A stretch of DNA of 64,000 nt. Origin: Torpedo marmorata. Lineage: Eukaryota. The stretch spans positions 212,412,001 to 212,476,000 of the forward strand of contig OZ360220.1 in NCBI GenBank assembly GCA_977017645.1. The letters run 5' to 3'. Below, one piece after another: positions 46,578 through 60,319 of this stretch (its first letter is position 1; every line of letters begins with the position of its first letter). The notes beneath the pieces were generated by a model, which was given only the letters and a program-made list of their open reading frames with translations, was not told the origin of the DNA and did no database searches. The position numbers were made by a program, and so were the translations under genes.

Positions 46578-49400
46578 GTCAAGTCAAGTCACCTTTATTT
46601 GTCGTTCATTACCATAAACACAGTAAGACGAGATAGCGTTTCTCCAGGACCATGGGCAGATGTACATAAATATCATAATACAATAGAAAAGCTATAACAT
46701 GCTAATACACATATATATCTAGGAATTGAGGAGCCTGATGGCTTGGGGGAAAAAACTGTTGCACAGTCTAGACGTATGAGCCCGAGTGCTTCGGTACCTC
46801 CTTCCAGATGGCAAAAGGGAAAACAGTTTACCAAAGGGGTGTGAGAAGTCCTTCACGATGTTTTTAGCCTTCCTCATGCATCGTGTGTTGTAGATGTCCG
46901 TCATGGTGGGGAGAGAGACTCCAATAATTTTCTCCGCTGACCCCACTATCCTCTGCAGGGTCTTTCGGTCCGAGATGGTACAGTTACCATACCAAGCGGT
47001 GATGAAATTGCTCAGAATACTCTCAATGCATTCCCTGTAGAATGTAGTAAGGATAGGGGGTGGGAGATGAACTTTCCTCAGTCTTCGCAGGAAGTAAAGA
47101 TGCTGCTGGGCTTTCTTGATTATGGAACTGGTGTTGAGGGACCAGGTGAGACTCTCCGCCAAGTGCACTCCAAGAAACTTGGTACTCTTTACGACCTCAA
47201 CGGTAGAGTTGACCATGGTCAATGAAGAATGATTCCCCCGGGCCCTTCTGAAGTCGACAACCAACTCTTTTGTTTTGTTTACATTCAGATGCAGGTTGTT
47301 GGCTCCGCACCATTCCATTAGCGACTGCACCTCATCTCTGTATGCTGACTCATCGTTCTTGCTGATAAGGCCCACCACGGTCGTATCATCAGTGAACTTT
47401 ATGATGTGATTCGAGCTGTGTTTTGCTGCACAGTCATGAGTCAGCAGGATGAACAGCAATGGACTAAGCACACAGCCCTGGGGGGCCCCCGTGTTCAATG
47501 TAATGACCTTAGAAGTGCTGTTTCCAATCCGGATTGCCTGAGGTCTTCCCGTCAGGAAGTCTAGGATCCAATTACAGAGGGTGTAGTTTAGGCCCAGCCC
47601 GCTCAACTTCCCTATCAGATATTGAGGTATGATCGTGTTGAATGCCGAGCTGAAGTCAATAAACAGCATTCGAACATATGCGTCCTTATTTTCCAGGTGG
47701 GTGAGGGCTAGGTGGAGGGTGGTAATGAGGACATCATCTGTGGAGCGGTTTGATCTATATGCGAATTGCAGGGGGTCCAGTGAGGGGGGCAGCAGAAGCT
47801 TGATGTGCCTCATGACGAGCCTCTCGAAGCACTTCATGACGGTAGATGTGAGTGCGACAGGGCGGTAGTCATTGAGGCAGGACACTGTCGACTTCTTCGG
47901 CACGGGGATGATGGTAACGACTTTGAAGCACATTGGAACCACGGCACTGCTCAGGGAGATGTTAAAGATGTCGGTTAGAACATCAGCCAGCTGGGCCGCA
48001 CATCCCCTGAGCACTCTGCCGGGAATGTTATCTTGCCCAGCAGCTTTCCGTGGGTTAACCTTGCTTAACACTCTCCTCACATCGGCCACTGTGAAACACA
48101 GCACCTGATCATTTGGAGGAGGGGTTGTCTTCTTTGCCACTACATCATTTTTCGCCTCAAAACGCGCGTATAAGTTGTTCAGTGCATCTGGGAGGGAGGC
48201 ATCACCAGCACAGTCAGATGGTGTAGTCTTGTGGTTGGTGATATCTTGAATGCCCTTCCACATGTGTCGCGTGTCCTTGATGTCCTGAAAGTGACTCTGA
48301 ATTCGCTGGGCATGTGCACGCTTTGCCTCCCTGATGGCCTTAGACAGCTTGGCTCTTGCAATAGCTAGGGTTACCTTTTCGCCCGCACTGAAGGCAGAGT
48401 TTCGGCTCCTCAGCAGCACACGCACCTCCGCAGTCATCCATGGCTTCTGAATAGAGTGAGTAATGATGGTCTTGGGCACAGTGACTTTGTCAGTACACTT
48501 ACTAATGTAGCTAGTCACTGATGCCGTATACTCCTCCAGATTGATGCAGTCGCCATCGGTTGCTGCTTCCCTGAACATATGCCAATCAGTTCGCTCAAAG
48601 CAGTCCTGAAGTGCATGGATGGCACCTGCTGGCCAGGTTTTAACCTGCTTCCGAAATGGTCTGGAGCGTCTGGCGAGCGGTCTGTATGTTGGGGTTAGCA
48701 TTACAGAGATATGGTCTCAGTATCCGAGATGGGGGCGTGGCTCCGCCCGATACGCGCCGGAAATGTTCATGAACACAAGATCCAACGCGTTCGCCCCTCT
48801 CGTAGCAAAATCCACATACTGATGGAATTTAGGTAGCCCTGACTTGAAGTTTGCCTGGTTGAAGTCGCCAGAGATAATCAGCAGTCCATCAGGGTCTGCA
48901 GTTCGCCTATAGCCCCACACAGTTCCCAGATCGCCTCCTTGGCATTAGCGCTGGGGTGGATGTACACTCCAACTATGAGGACCGTGGTAAATTCCCGCGG
49001 TAGGTAAAATGGTCTACATCTGACAGTGACAAATTCCACCAGTGCTGAGCAGTGACTGGCGACTAGTACAGAGTCCTTACACCATTCTGTGTTGATGTAA
49101 ACACACAAGCCGCCGCCACGGACATTTCCGCAGAGAGCAGCATCTCTGTCAGCCCGAAATAAGCGAGCCTATCCAGCTGAATGGCGGCGTCCGGGACCCT
49201 GTCGCTGAGCCACGTTTCAACAAAGACCAACACACAGCAGTCCCTGTACTCACACTGCGCAGACCTCTGGAGTCGGATGTGGTCGATTTTATTCTCCAGC
49301 GAACATACGTTGGCGAACAGGATGGACGGGAGAGCCGGACGGCAGGGGTTCGCTCTCAGTCTAGCGCGCACCCCTGCTTCCCACGCTTCCTCCACCTCGC
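46578..49400 (-). mobile_element. Near full-length Rex1/Babar LINE (frameshifted APE + 660-aa RT frame)
   Basis: [50 protein letters not shown]. 3' tail AATAAAGGT(GACTT)n. Confidence 0.9.
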
Positions 49401-49985
49401 GCACCGCTTCAAAGATGTTCAAAGTCATAAGGGGTTTTGGTGTCTTAAATTAGGAGGAACTTTGTAATGGCAGAAGGGTCAGAAACTTGAAGGCATAGGT
49501 AACTAGCAGAGGTGCCACGAGAGGATATGTATTTACACACTGAGTTGTGATTTTAAATGTTTCTAAAAGGGCAGTGAAAGCAGTTTCAATGGATCGTTCA
49601 AAGACAGATTGGTTAAATATTCAAAAATGAATAAATTGGGGCTGTGGGGAGCAAGTTATGCGTACAAGATAAAATGAAGAGCTCTTTTAGAAAGCTGGCA
49701 CAGAAGTGATGGGTTGAATGTCCAATTTTTGAAGACACATTCCTTTATTGGTGGCCAGAGATGGATTGATCACTGAATAACTCTGGGATCTAACTATTTC
49801 TATGTCCCCAGTTTAGGTATTCTTGTTCAAGCAACTGTCTAGGATTCCTAAATAATTGGCTTCATGACGTTAGCAGCAGGTGGGTGCTTGCACAGCTTAG
49901 CAAATTCTAAACTCAGTTCAATTGGTCTGCTGCCAATCTGATTTACATCTGCAAAACAAATGCAAGGAAAGAAATGGCATACTGA

Positions 49986-50532
49986 AAATTGAAATTAAAT
50001 ATGTATCAAAAAGAATTTGTAAAAATCGCACTAGCAGTAGCAAAAAAATGTATAGCAGTAATTTGGAAATCAGACTCCCATTTGGGTATGGAGCGGTGGA
50101 ATACAGAAATGCGTAGCTGTATTCCACTTGAGAAGATTACTTAGAATTTAAGAAACAAATATGATGTATTTTTTAAATTTTGGCACCCATATTTACAAAC
50201 TGTAGGAATAAATTTATAGATGTTTCTCCACCTCGAGTACCTCGTTAACCTCCTTGAGAGAATTAGAAAAAATAACGTAACTAATTAGAACCGTGTGGTA
50301 GGTAGTGACTTCTTAACATCCAGGTTACTTTATCTTTCTTCATACTTTTCTTTTATTTCTCTTCTTTTCTTTTCTTTCTTCCTTTCTGGGGTTTTGGTTT
50401 GGGGGGAGGGGGTGTTGGGATTTATACCATCATGTATAAATAAAGTAATAATAATAATTTAATATTTTATTATGTATTTCACAAATTATACATGTATGGA
50501 TAAAAATTTCTTAAATAAAATATTCCAAAAAA
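49986..50532 (+). mobile_element. 5'-truncated L1 3' end
   Basis: 18-bp TSD AAAGAAATGGCATACTGA (49968-49985, 50533-50550). SCIPLEKIT motif, AATAAA, polyA. Confidence 0.85.
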
Positions 50533-50765
50533 AAAGAAATGGCATACTGATTACTCCCCCATTATCTCATTATTCATGCAATCACTGGTTGTAAGAGTTT
50601 GATGTGTTAAATTCAACATCTCCATGATACATGTGCTTTGTACATGTAAATGTCCAGATGCATGGACAAAATAGAGATTTATTTGGTTTTATGAAGAATT
50701 TTTTTTTTCTCTAATCACTATTAACAGCCAAGTCGATCAAATGATTATTAATTAAGGAGTTCAAT

Positions 50766-52349
50766 ATTCCTCAAAAAATTTTTAAAGATTTAACTTCAAT
50801 TATTATAAAATTTTTATGGAAAGGAAAGTTAGCAAGAGTAGGTATGGAAAAATTAACTTGGAATTATGAAATGGGTGGTTTACAACTTCCTAATTTCCAA
50901 AATTATTATAAAGCAGCTCAACTAAAATTTGTTAATGAATTTTTTGATTCAACTAAATCTTCTGCTTGGATTAAAATAGAATTAAATAATATAGGAGAAG
51001 ATTCCAAAGAAGAAATTATTTATAAATGGGATTCTAAATTAATATCAACAAGAAAGAAAAATTCGCCTATTTTTAAACATTTGTTAGAAATATGGAATAA
51101 GACGGATAAGGAAATAGGAGGAAAAGGATTGATTTCTTCAAGGATGCCTTTATATCAAAATGGACTTATTCCATTTACTATTAATAATCAATTATTTAAA
51201 ATTTGGTTTCAAAAAGGAATTAAGAAGATTAATGATTGTTTTGAAGCTGGGAAATTTATTACTTTTCAAAGAATGAAAGATAAATTTAATATATTAGATA
51301 ATACACTTTTTGCTTATTATCAAATTAGAGCTTTTCTGATTGAGAAATTAGGTTATGCTTTGATTTTACCAAGACAAAATGAATTAGAATTATTAGTTAC
51401 TAATGGAGATGTCAATAAATTTATTTCTCAAATGTATAAATTGTTTCAGAGGAAAATGCCTAAAGTAGGATTGCATAAATCAAGATTAAAATGGGAATTA
51501 GATTTGAATGTAAGAATAGATGAAAATCGTTGGAAAGAATTATGTAAATTAAGTATGACGAAGATTATTAATGTTAGATATAGATTAGTACAATACAATT
51601 TTTTTCATCAATTATATTTAACACCTAAAAAATTAAAGAAATTTAATCCAACACTATCAGGTTTATGTTTTAGATGTAATAAAGAGGAAGGGTCTTTTGT
51701 ACATTCTACATGGTTTTGTCCAAAAGTTTATGATTTTTGGTTGAAAGTTAAAAATTTCTTAGATAAAGTATTTAAGATTACATTTCCAATGGATCCTATG
51801 ATATTTTTGTTTAGAGATATTAGAAAATTTAGTATTAAGATGAAAATAAATATGTATCAAATAGAATTTTTACGAATTGCTTTGGCTGTTTCAAAGAAAT
51901 GCATTGCTATTACTTGGAAATCTGATTTAGATTTAGGATTAGAAAGATGGCATGCAGAACTTCGTTCGTGTATACCACTTGAAAAAATTACTTATAATTT
52001 ACGTAATAAATATCATTTCTTCTTAAAAATTTGGAGCCCATATATGAAAGGTGTTGGTTTAAGGATTTGAAGATCTCTGGATATCGGATAAACTGGCATA
52101 CTTGACCTCCATAATAGAATTAGTTTATAGATTGGCATTCCCCTTACTCTATCTTTTTCTTTCTTTTTTCTTCTTTTTCTATTTTTATTTTCTATTTTTA
52201 TTTTTATTTTTTATTAGATTAGTGGGGTTGGGAGGGTTGGGGAGGGAAGTGGGGGGGGGTGAAAATGTATCACAAATAATTTGATAATTTTATATTCTAT
52301 TTTATGTATTTTGTGATTTAAAAATTTTAAATAAAATATTTTTAAAAAA
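50766..52349 (+). mobile_element. 5'-truncated L1 (408-aa ORF2 C-terminal frame); same family as 18152-19875
   Basis: GGLQLPNF..YY.A, CFRC..H..W.C. 16-bp TSD AATTAAGGAGTTCAAT (50750-50765, 52350-52365). Confidence 0.9.
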
Positions 52350-53062
52350 AATTAAGGAGTTCAATTCATGAATTTTTCAATATACCCTTAAACAGTGAAA
52401 TTGCTTTACTGTTGACTCTATCAGAGCATCAGCATTTAACCCATATGTAAGATTGTTAATTATGTATGTCTTATCTAGATAAATAAATTTGTACATTAAT
52501 ATAGGTTGCCAAACCTACAGGAATTAACTTTTTGAATCTGCCAGCTAATAGAGTAGATGTGTTTATCCAACGAAAGACCAGATGAGAAACCAATCAGAGC
52601 TCTTGGGTGCACAACTATGGGCAACGTGTGTTTTTCCTATTGGCACCTCAGTCATGACTCCCGAGTGCTGCTTACTATTACAGGTAGACCACACAATCCT
52701 CCCCATAACCAACATCACTGCAAAGGCAGAAGAAAATCCGAAAATGACGAGCTTCTGTGAAGCTATACTGAAGGAGTTGGTGCACATGTTGGTCCATTTC
52801 TGATCAGAGATTGGAGTACTTTGAATATAAATAACTTCAGCTTGACGTGGAGTGAAAACAAAATAGAATCCAATTTGTGTGAATTTTGCTGCTTATTTGC
52901 ATTGAAGTGAGATGGTATAGATAGCGTTGTTTGTTCTCACACCAAGCTTGTCTGGTTGGAGACCCTCACCTATAGGCCACCTGAAGCACTGAAGAGTTGT
53001 TCACAAACACTACTTCTCACTCTGGTCTAGATTACAGAAGGTAAATTCAGAGCAAGACTTAC

Positions 53063-53108
53063 CACACTGCTGCATGTTCTGTATCGAATATTCTGCCCTT
53101 CACAGTTC
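53063..53108 (-). CDS. ADAMTSL1: 46-bp internal coding exon of ADAMTSL1 (end of TSR1)
   Basis: tcttttgcttgtttctgtag|G AAC TGT GAA GGG CAG AAT ATT CGA TAC AGA ACA TGC AGC AGT GTG|gtaagt encodes NCEGQNIRYRTCSSV, which splices in phase 0 onto DCPP at 919. Matches recalled human SCEGRNIRYRTCSNV|DCPP. Confidence 0.9.
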
Positions 53109-53199
53109 CTACAGAAACAAGCAAAAGATAACATATAAATAGGAGAGAATTCAACCAGATATTCCAGTAATTCACAAGAATGTTGCTGGGATTACTGGT

Positions 53200-53560
53200 T
53201 AAACTGGGACTTTTCTCCCTGCAGCATACATAGGAAGCTAAGAGGGGACCTTGTGGAAGTTTATACAATATGACAGGCCTAGATAAGGTAAATAGTCATG
53301 GACTTTTTCTCAAGGTTGGGGAATCTAAAACTAGAGGGCATAGATTTATGATGAGCGGAAAGCTTTAACAGAGCCCTGAGGAGACCTTCTTTACACAGAG
53401 GGTGGCAGGTATATGGAGTGAGCTGCCAGATGAAGTGGTAGAATTGGGGACAATTGTAACATTAAAAAATATATTTAGGCCACCACATGAATAGGAAAGT
53501 GCATGGTTGGGTTGAGCTGAAGGGCTTGTTTCCGCGCTGAATAACTCTATGACTCCATAA
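53200..53560 (+). mobile_element. Old CR1 3' fragment
   Basis: LRGDLVEVY..M.GLD, TRGH, FFTQRV and a CR1-type tail. Confidence 0.7.
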
Positions 53561-54679
53561 TTTACTAATGATATTCCAGTAACTAATTAAATCTATTCTC
53601 TCCTGCTCTTCACAATACTTAGTGTTTCTCTCAGCCATGAGGCTCAGTAGATTCCTCCATCACTGCTACTAGCCAAGATGCTAAGATATTGATTGTATTA
53701 GTGTGAGTGTTGACTTTAAAGTTAGTTAATTCAGGCTTCAGATTCTCCTGTGAAGCTCCAATCCTTTCTACCACTATAAAACTATAAACTATAGTTGTAT
53801 TTGTACCTTTAATTTGATTAAATTCTTTATCATTCCTCGATACAATGAAGATGAAAGACACAAAAAGATATGAGTATATGAGAAAACTTTAAAATAATGG
53901 AATAAATTAGATAAAATTTTGTGAAGACCATAACACAGGTGATGAAATGAAATTGTTGATGGACCAAGGTTATATTAAATGGGGACACAGATTTGCCAAT
54001 TAAACGTGATGAAAAGACAGATTTTAGAAGAACTCCTTCAGGCATTGTAAGCATGAAGACAATATTAAGAATTCTGTTTCATTTCATGAATTAAACAAAG
54101 ATCTTAATGAGCCAGGAGAGAAGAGTCCCTTCAAGATTGGTGAGCCAAGCCAGTCAAGAGACATTAACAGATTTGGAAAACACCAAAGAGATATTTCTGA
54201 ACAGTTCACATTTATTATTGTGAGAAGGGGATTGATCATTTCTTGGTACTAATAGATGATCACTCAAAATAGATCAGGGTAAAACATATTGGATGCTTTA
54301 CAGCAGCAGAGTGCACTATCAAAGAAATGTTATCCATTTTCACATGTCGTGGTTAACCAGGACTGGTTTTGTATAACAGTCTTCAGTTTATTTCAGTTTT
54401 ATTTGAGTATTTTACAAAACAAAATGACAACGAAGAGTTTCATGAGATTTGTCAAACAGCTCTGAAGAAAGAAGCTCAATGTTACCAATAAAATATGGAT
54501 GAACAAACTCCTTTCTAAACTATGAAATAACTTCACATTCCACAGGAGATGAAACTCCTGCTGAGTTACTAATCTGAAGGAGACCCAGAACACAATTGAG
54601 CTTGATTCAGCCAAATATTGAGGAAGAGTGGAAGAGTAACTGAGACATAATTATCACATGGGGCTTGAAGAGGACCAGC

Positions 54680-55030
54680 TCAAACAACTTGAGAGTTCCT
54701 GGGATGACAGGACCGATGTACGAAGTCAACTGGGCCAGTATTCACTAGAGTTTAACAAAGCTAGAGAGAGGATTCAAACCTCAAAATTCTAACTGTGTCT
54801 CACATAGTGTATGTGAGGAGGATGCTTTCATTGGCTGGTGGCTCTCGAACCAAGATCACAACATTAGGATATGAGGTAAGGCATTTAGAACCGAGATAAG
54901 GAGAAAAGACTATAGAGAGGATAAACATGGCATTGAGATAGAAGATCAGCTGTGATATTGAATGGTGGAGCTGGTTCAAAGCGCCTGCGCTAATTTTTCA
55001 CTGGCTCCTATTTTTCTGCTTCTATGTTTT
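54680..55030 (+). mobile_element. Highly degraded CR1 3' fragment
   Basis: Residual YSLEF/FRTE.RR motifs and a GGCTCCTATTTTT..CTATG tail. Confidence 0.5.
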
Positions 55031-55317
55031 CATGTGTCAACACTATCTTGCAAATACAACAGATCAAAATAGAATGTGAGTTGGTATACAGTACCACAGA
55101 ATGACTTGTGAAAGTAGAAGATAAAATTATGTGTATACAAAAACTCCTTAATTCCTGCTTGAGGTAAACATCACAATATTAAGGAATTAAAGAATGTTTG
55201 AGTGTATTTTAAAAGCTGATCCTACGGACACTAGTGAGAAATTGACAAATTATTTGACTCAACAAATTCAAGTAAACATGGTCTTCAAAGCAAGAATGAG
55301 ATACAAAGCTAATGGTA

Positions 55318-57974
55318 AACAGACCAAAATGCTGGAGGGACTCAGCTGGTCATTTCAGCATCTATAGGAGACAAAAATATATGCCGACGTTTCAGGCCTG
55401 AGCCCTTCTTCAAGGAAAAATAGGAAAAGGCAGAAGCAGGATATGTCAGAAAGTCTCAGAATTCAAACAATGGGGGAGGAATCCAGACCAACAGAAGGTG
55501 TTAATTGGATGATAAGGGACTAGGTAGAATTTATCATGTCTGTGCGAAAGGAGACAGGGAATGGAGAGACAATGGGGGAAGCAAGGGGGTGGGGGGGGTT
55601 TAACAAAAGCCAGAGAAGTCGATATTAATGCCAACCAGTTGGAGGGTGCCCAATTGGAAGATGAGGTGTTGTTCCTCCAATTTACGGCTGGTCTCAGTCT
55701 GGCAGTCCATGAGACCATGGACAGACATGTCAGCAAGGGAATGGGATGGAGAATTGAAATAGGTGGCCACTGGGAGATCCATGCTATTGCGGCGGACAGA
55801 GCCGAGGTGCTCAACAAAGCGATCTCCCAGTCTGCGACCAGTCTCTCTGATGTAGAGGAGACCACAGCGGGAGCACCGGATGCAGTAGATGACCCCTGCA
55901 GATTCACAAGTGAAATGTTGCTTCACTTGGAAGGACTGTTTGGGGCCCCAAATGGTGCTGAGGGAGGAGGTGTGGGCGCAAGTGGAGCATCTCCTGCGGT
56001 CACAGGGGTAGGTCCCAAGGGGACGATTGGTGGGGAGGGAGGAGTGGAAAAGGGAGTTACGGAGGGAGCGGTCCCTGCTGAAGGCAGAGAGGGGAGGAGA
56101 GGGGAATATGTGTCTAGTGGTGGGATCACGTGGTAGGTGGCGGAAATTGAGGAGGAGGATGTGTTGGATGCGGAGGCTGGTGGGGTGGTAGCTGAGGACA
56201 AGGGGAATTCTGTCTTGTTGCGCGTGGTGGCGGAAGGGGCCAGGGCAGATGTGCGGGTAATGGAGGATATGCGGTGAGTGCCGAGTTGATGGTGGTAGAG
56301 GGAAAGCCACATTGTTTGAAGGAGGACATCACTGATGATCTGGCATGGAAGTCCTCATCCTGGGTGCAAATGCAATGGAGACAGAGGAATTGAGAGAATG
56401 GAATGGAATCCTTACAGGAGACAGGGTGGGAAGAGGTGTAGTCGAGGTAGCTGTGGGAGTTGGTGGGTTCATGGAAGATGTCTGTCGAGAGTTTGTCTCC
56501 TGAGATGGAGACAGAGAGATCGAGGAAAGGGAGAGTGTTGCTAGAGATGGACCAAGTGAATTTGAGGTCGGGGTGGAAGTTGGCAGCAAAGAGGATGAAG
56601 TCAACGAGCTCATCATGGATACAGGAGGCAGCACTAAAGTAGTCATCGATGTAGCGGAGGAAGAGTTGTGGGGCCTTGCCTGTGTAGGCTTGTAGCATGG
56701 ATTGCTCCACGTAGCCAACAAAAAGGCAGGCATAGCTGGGGCCCACGCGGGTATCCATGGCTACCCCTTTAACCTGGAGAAAGTGCGATGAGTCAAAGGA
56801 GAAATTATTGAGGGTGAGGACAAGTTCTGCCAGCCGGAGGAGGGTGGAGGTTCTATTGTCCAGAAAGAAACGAAGGGCTTTGAGGCCTTCAGTATGGGGA
56901 ATGGAGGTGTATAGGTATTGGATATCCATGGTAAATATGAGGTGATCGAGTTCAGGGAACTGGAAGTTGTTGAAGTGATGGAGGGCGTGTGAAGTGTGCC
57001 GGATGTAGGTAGGAAGGGACTGGACCAGGGCGGACAAAACAGAGTCAATGTAAGCGGAGACCAATTCAGTGGGGCAGGAGCACACAGACACGATGGGTCT
57101 GCCGGGACAATTGGGTTTGTGGATCTTGGGTAGGAGGTAGAAACGGGCGGTACGGGGTTGGGAAACAATAAGGTTGGAGGCCATGCCAGGGAGGTGACCG
57201 GAAGTGATGAGTTCAGAGATGGTGCGTGATACAGTGGTTTGATGAGTTTTGGTGGGGTCCTGTTGGAGGGGTAAGTAAGAGGAAGTGTCTAAGAGTTGTC
57301 ATCTGGCTTCGGCCAGATAGAGGTCAGTGTGCCAGACCACAACAGCGCCACCCTTGTCTGCAGGTTTGATGGTGAGGTTCAGATTGGTGCGGAGAGAGTG
57401 GAGGGCTAGGCGTTCTGAGGGGGTGAGATTGGAATGAGTGAGGGGAGTCGTGAAGTGTCGATACGGTTGATGTCACGGCAGCAGTTGGAAATATAATGGT
57501 CCAGAGCAGGTATAAGACCGGAACAAGGTGTCCAGGAGGAGGAAGACGTTTTAAATCGGGAGAAGGGATCTATAGTGGGGGGTGGAGAATCGTGGTTGTG
57601 GAAGTAAGCATGGAGATGGAGCCGACGGAAGAAGCATTCAACATCATGGCCTGCACAGAACTCGTTAAGGTGTGGGCGAAGGGGGATGAAGGTGAGGCCT
57701 CTACTGAGGACAGAGCATTCAGTCTCTGAGAGGGAAAAGTCGGAGGGGATGGTAAAGACCAGGCTGGGGTTAGGGGGAGGTTCAATGGGGTGGAGGGTGT
57801 CGGGGAGGGGGGAGAATGGGGTGGATCAGGATATGGAGTGTAGGAAGGGTCCAAGGGAGGATGGGGAGGGTTGGGAAAGAGAGGGTAGAGAGAGAGAGGC
57901 CCGTGCGCTACCGGATCCAGGGTGGGAGTTCGCGACGGAGGCTCGGTCCTGTAGGTCGCAGGGGCCATGGTGGA
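55318..57974 (-). mobile_element. Second, frameshifted, 5'-truncated Penelope-like element
   Basis: FYLLPKIHK, RYIDD, IYCIRC..LYIRETGR. 13-bp TSD AAAGCTAATGGTA (55305-55317, 57975-57987). Hammerhead-like motif at about 55376-55415. Confidence 0.9.
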
Positions 57975-58444
57975 AAAGCTAATGGTATAAGTTCCTTTTC
58001 GAAGATCAAAAAGATTTAGGAAACTTTATTTTCAAAACGGCAAAGGGGGTGTAACATAAATGTGCGACATACTGTATATTGATGATTCATATTCACATTT
58101 AGTGTAGTCAAATAAATTAGTTGCACACATCCATACATAGCTCTCCATGCTTCTCTGCGTTTCTTCATATTTTCTGAATTGCTTGATTTCAAAACATATA
58201 ATGTATGCACGAACACACATACATTATATTGCATACATTTAGCAAAGCCTATCACAAGTACATACAAGAAGTTATCAGAGAAGATTAAGTGGAATGGGAT
58301 AAGGAGAAAGATGGTGGAAAGAATGCAAAAGTGGCTAATAAAATGAAAGCAGAGTTTAGTGATGCCAGATACTTTATCATAGTAATTGAAAGTGAGCACC
58401 TGAATCCCAGATGCACGCGACTCTGCATTATGTGGTGAATGAAG

Positions 58445-58825
58445 GGTGAAAGATGACTTAACAGAGGTCTACAAGATTATGAGAGGCATAGATAAGGTAG
58501 AGAGCCAGAACCTCTTTCCCTGGATGGGAGTTGCAAACACCAGAGGACATCTGTACAAAGTGAAGGGAGGAAAGTTTAGGGAAGACATCGGGGTAAGTTT
58601 TTTTTTTTACACAGAGAGTTCTGGGTGCCTGAAATGCATTGCCAAGGGTGGTGGTGGAGGCTGGAACAATATGGGGAATTTAAGAGACTCTTAGACAAGC
58701 ACAAGAATGAAAGAAAAATAGAGGGTTATGAGGTAGGGAGGGTTTAATTTTTATTTTGGTAGGTATATATAGGTCAGCACAACATTGTGGGTGAAGGGCC
58801 TGTACGCTGCTGTAATGTTCTAAGA
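58445..58825 (+). mobile_element. CR1 3' fragment
   Basis: DLTEVYKIMRGID..TRGH..KVKGGKFR and a CR1-type 3' UTR. Confidence 0.75.
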
Positions 58826-60319
58826 TCTATGATAAGCTTCCATTCTTTCATTCATGGAAATTGTGTGCAGTATTGGAATTCACCCTTCAAGAATTATATT
58901 CAAGCTTATGTCCAGCCACCATGCCAACTCACTTCGAGGCATGTTGAAGGGAAATGCATACAGTTTCCATATTGTATCTTTATCCTACGTGAATTTCAAG
59001 AAAAAAAACGATGCCACAGTCTGGGGAGCAGGAGGGAACCAAACTGTATGCTGTTCTACAGCAGTGAAGTCAGCATTCCTCAGAACTGTGGGCTGTGTTA
59101 CAGCAGTCTAGTCACTATTTCTCAAATGTCTTAATCTTGGTATAACTGTAGCTGGGACATTTTTAATTAGCAATGCTTTCTGAATGAAGTTACACAATAA
59201 ATCTATTCAATATAGAGCTGCAGTCAAATTAAGTGATCACTATCTGATTTGTACGATTTACTTTATACTTAAGCTGTTGAATGGAACAAGGCATCAAATG
59301 AAATGCCCCATCTGGCAGCATAGAATAGAGTTACTATTGTTGTTATACCTGAAAACACAATCACTTCACTCTATGCACTATTATCCAGCTGAATTTAGCT
59401 TCCCACTGTGCTTAATCAAGTCTTCAATTACTTTGGTTGGAATTTCAAGAATTTAAATAGGACTGTTCTGCTTTACTTGAGAAGAATATTGGTGTTTTGT
59501 GAAATTAGAAATATCAGTTAGGGGCCTTATAGGACTATGCCTGTCAACAATGTGTGAAGCTGGCCAATAAACTCCAGGCTGTTGATGTGAGTGCGGTTAA
59601 AGACAATTTGTCATATAAACAGTAAATCGTAGAGAAATCAGGAATTTTAAAGCAACTTACAAGCTGTGATTGAAAACATTCCTTTGGACCCAAATCTCCC
59701 TCTTAATCAACATTCTCTCTATTTCAATCCCACCAATCTCTCAGAGGCATCCCTTCCTTCTCTCAAACTCATGCTCCCACAAACTGGCTTCTGTGATGGT
59801 GTGGATCTCAGGAAGAATCCAGGATGGATCATTCACTGGTCTTTGTAGCTGAATATGGTGCCTGTAATTGTGCACTTGTCCCCTTAAGTGTTGCTCCTGA
59901 GGTCACTGCTATAAAGCTGGCTGCTATTAGATTCATGAAAATGTTATTGCTTCAAAATGGGCTGTATCAATGGTGGGAGAAGGGAAGAAGCGTGCTCCTG
60001 GGTCCTGAGGGAAGGATGTGGGAAAGATGGTGGATCACATTACCCACAAGAGGCACATCCTCAGACCTGAAGGGCCAGTGAGACTCCCATATATTCATGG
60101 CAGGAAGTTACCAGGAAGGTCTCTGTAGGGTGTGAGTACAGTCTACGAGTGTTTGAACACTGGGGTAACTGGCAATGGCAGCAAATGGCCAATGCCACAC
60201 TGCCTGTTTCATGGACTGAAGGAAAAGTAGATGAGGTCTCTTGTTGAATATGGAGGTTATGTGACATCAGTTATGCAGTGATCTGAGATGTGCTCAACAA
60301 AATTATATTTCTGTTAAAA

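Noticed and set aside
53560-60300. Next upstream ADAMTSL1 exon (WDAWGPWSECSRTC) within the window
   Set aside because: No such motif was found by eye or in the ORF track; it probably lies beyond position 64000.
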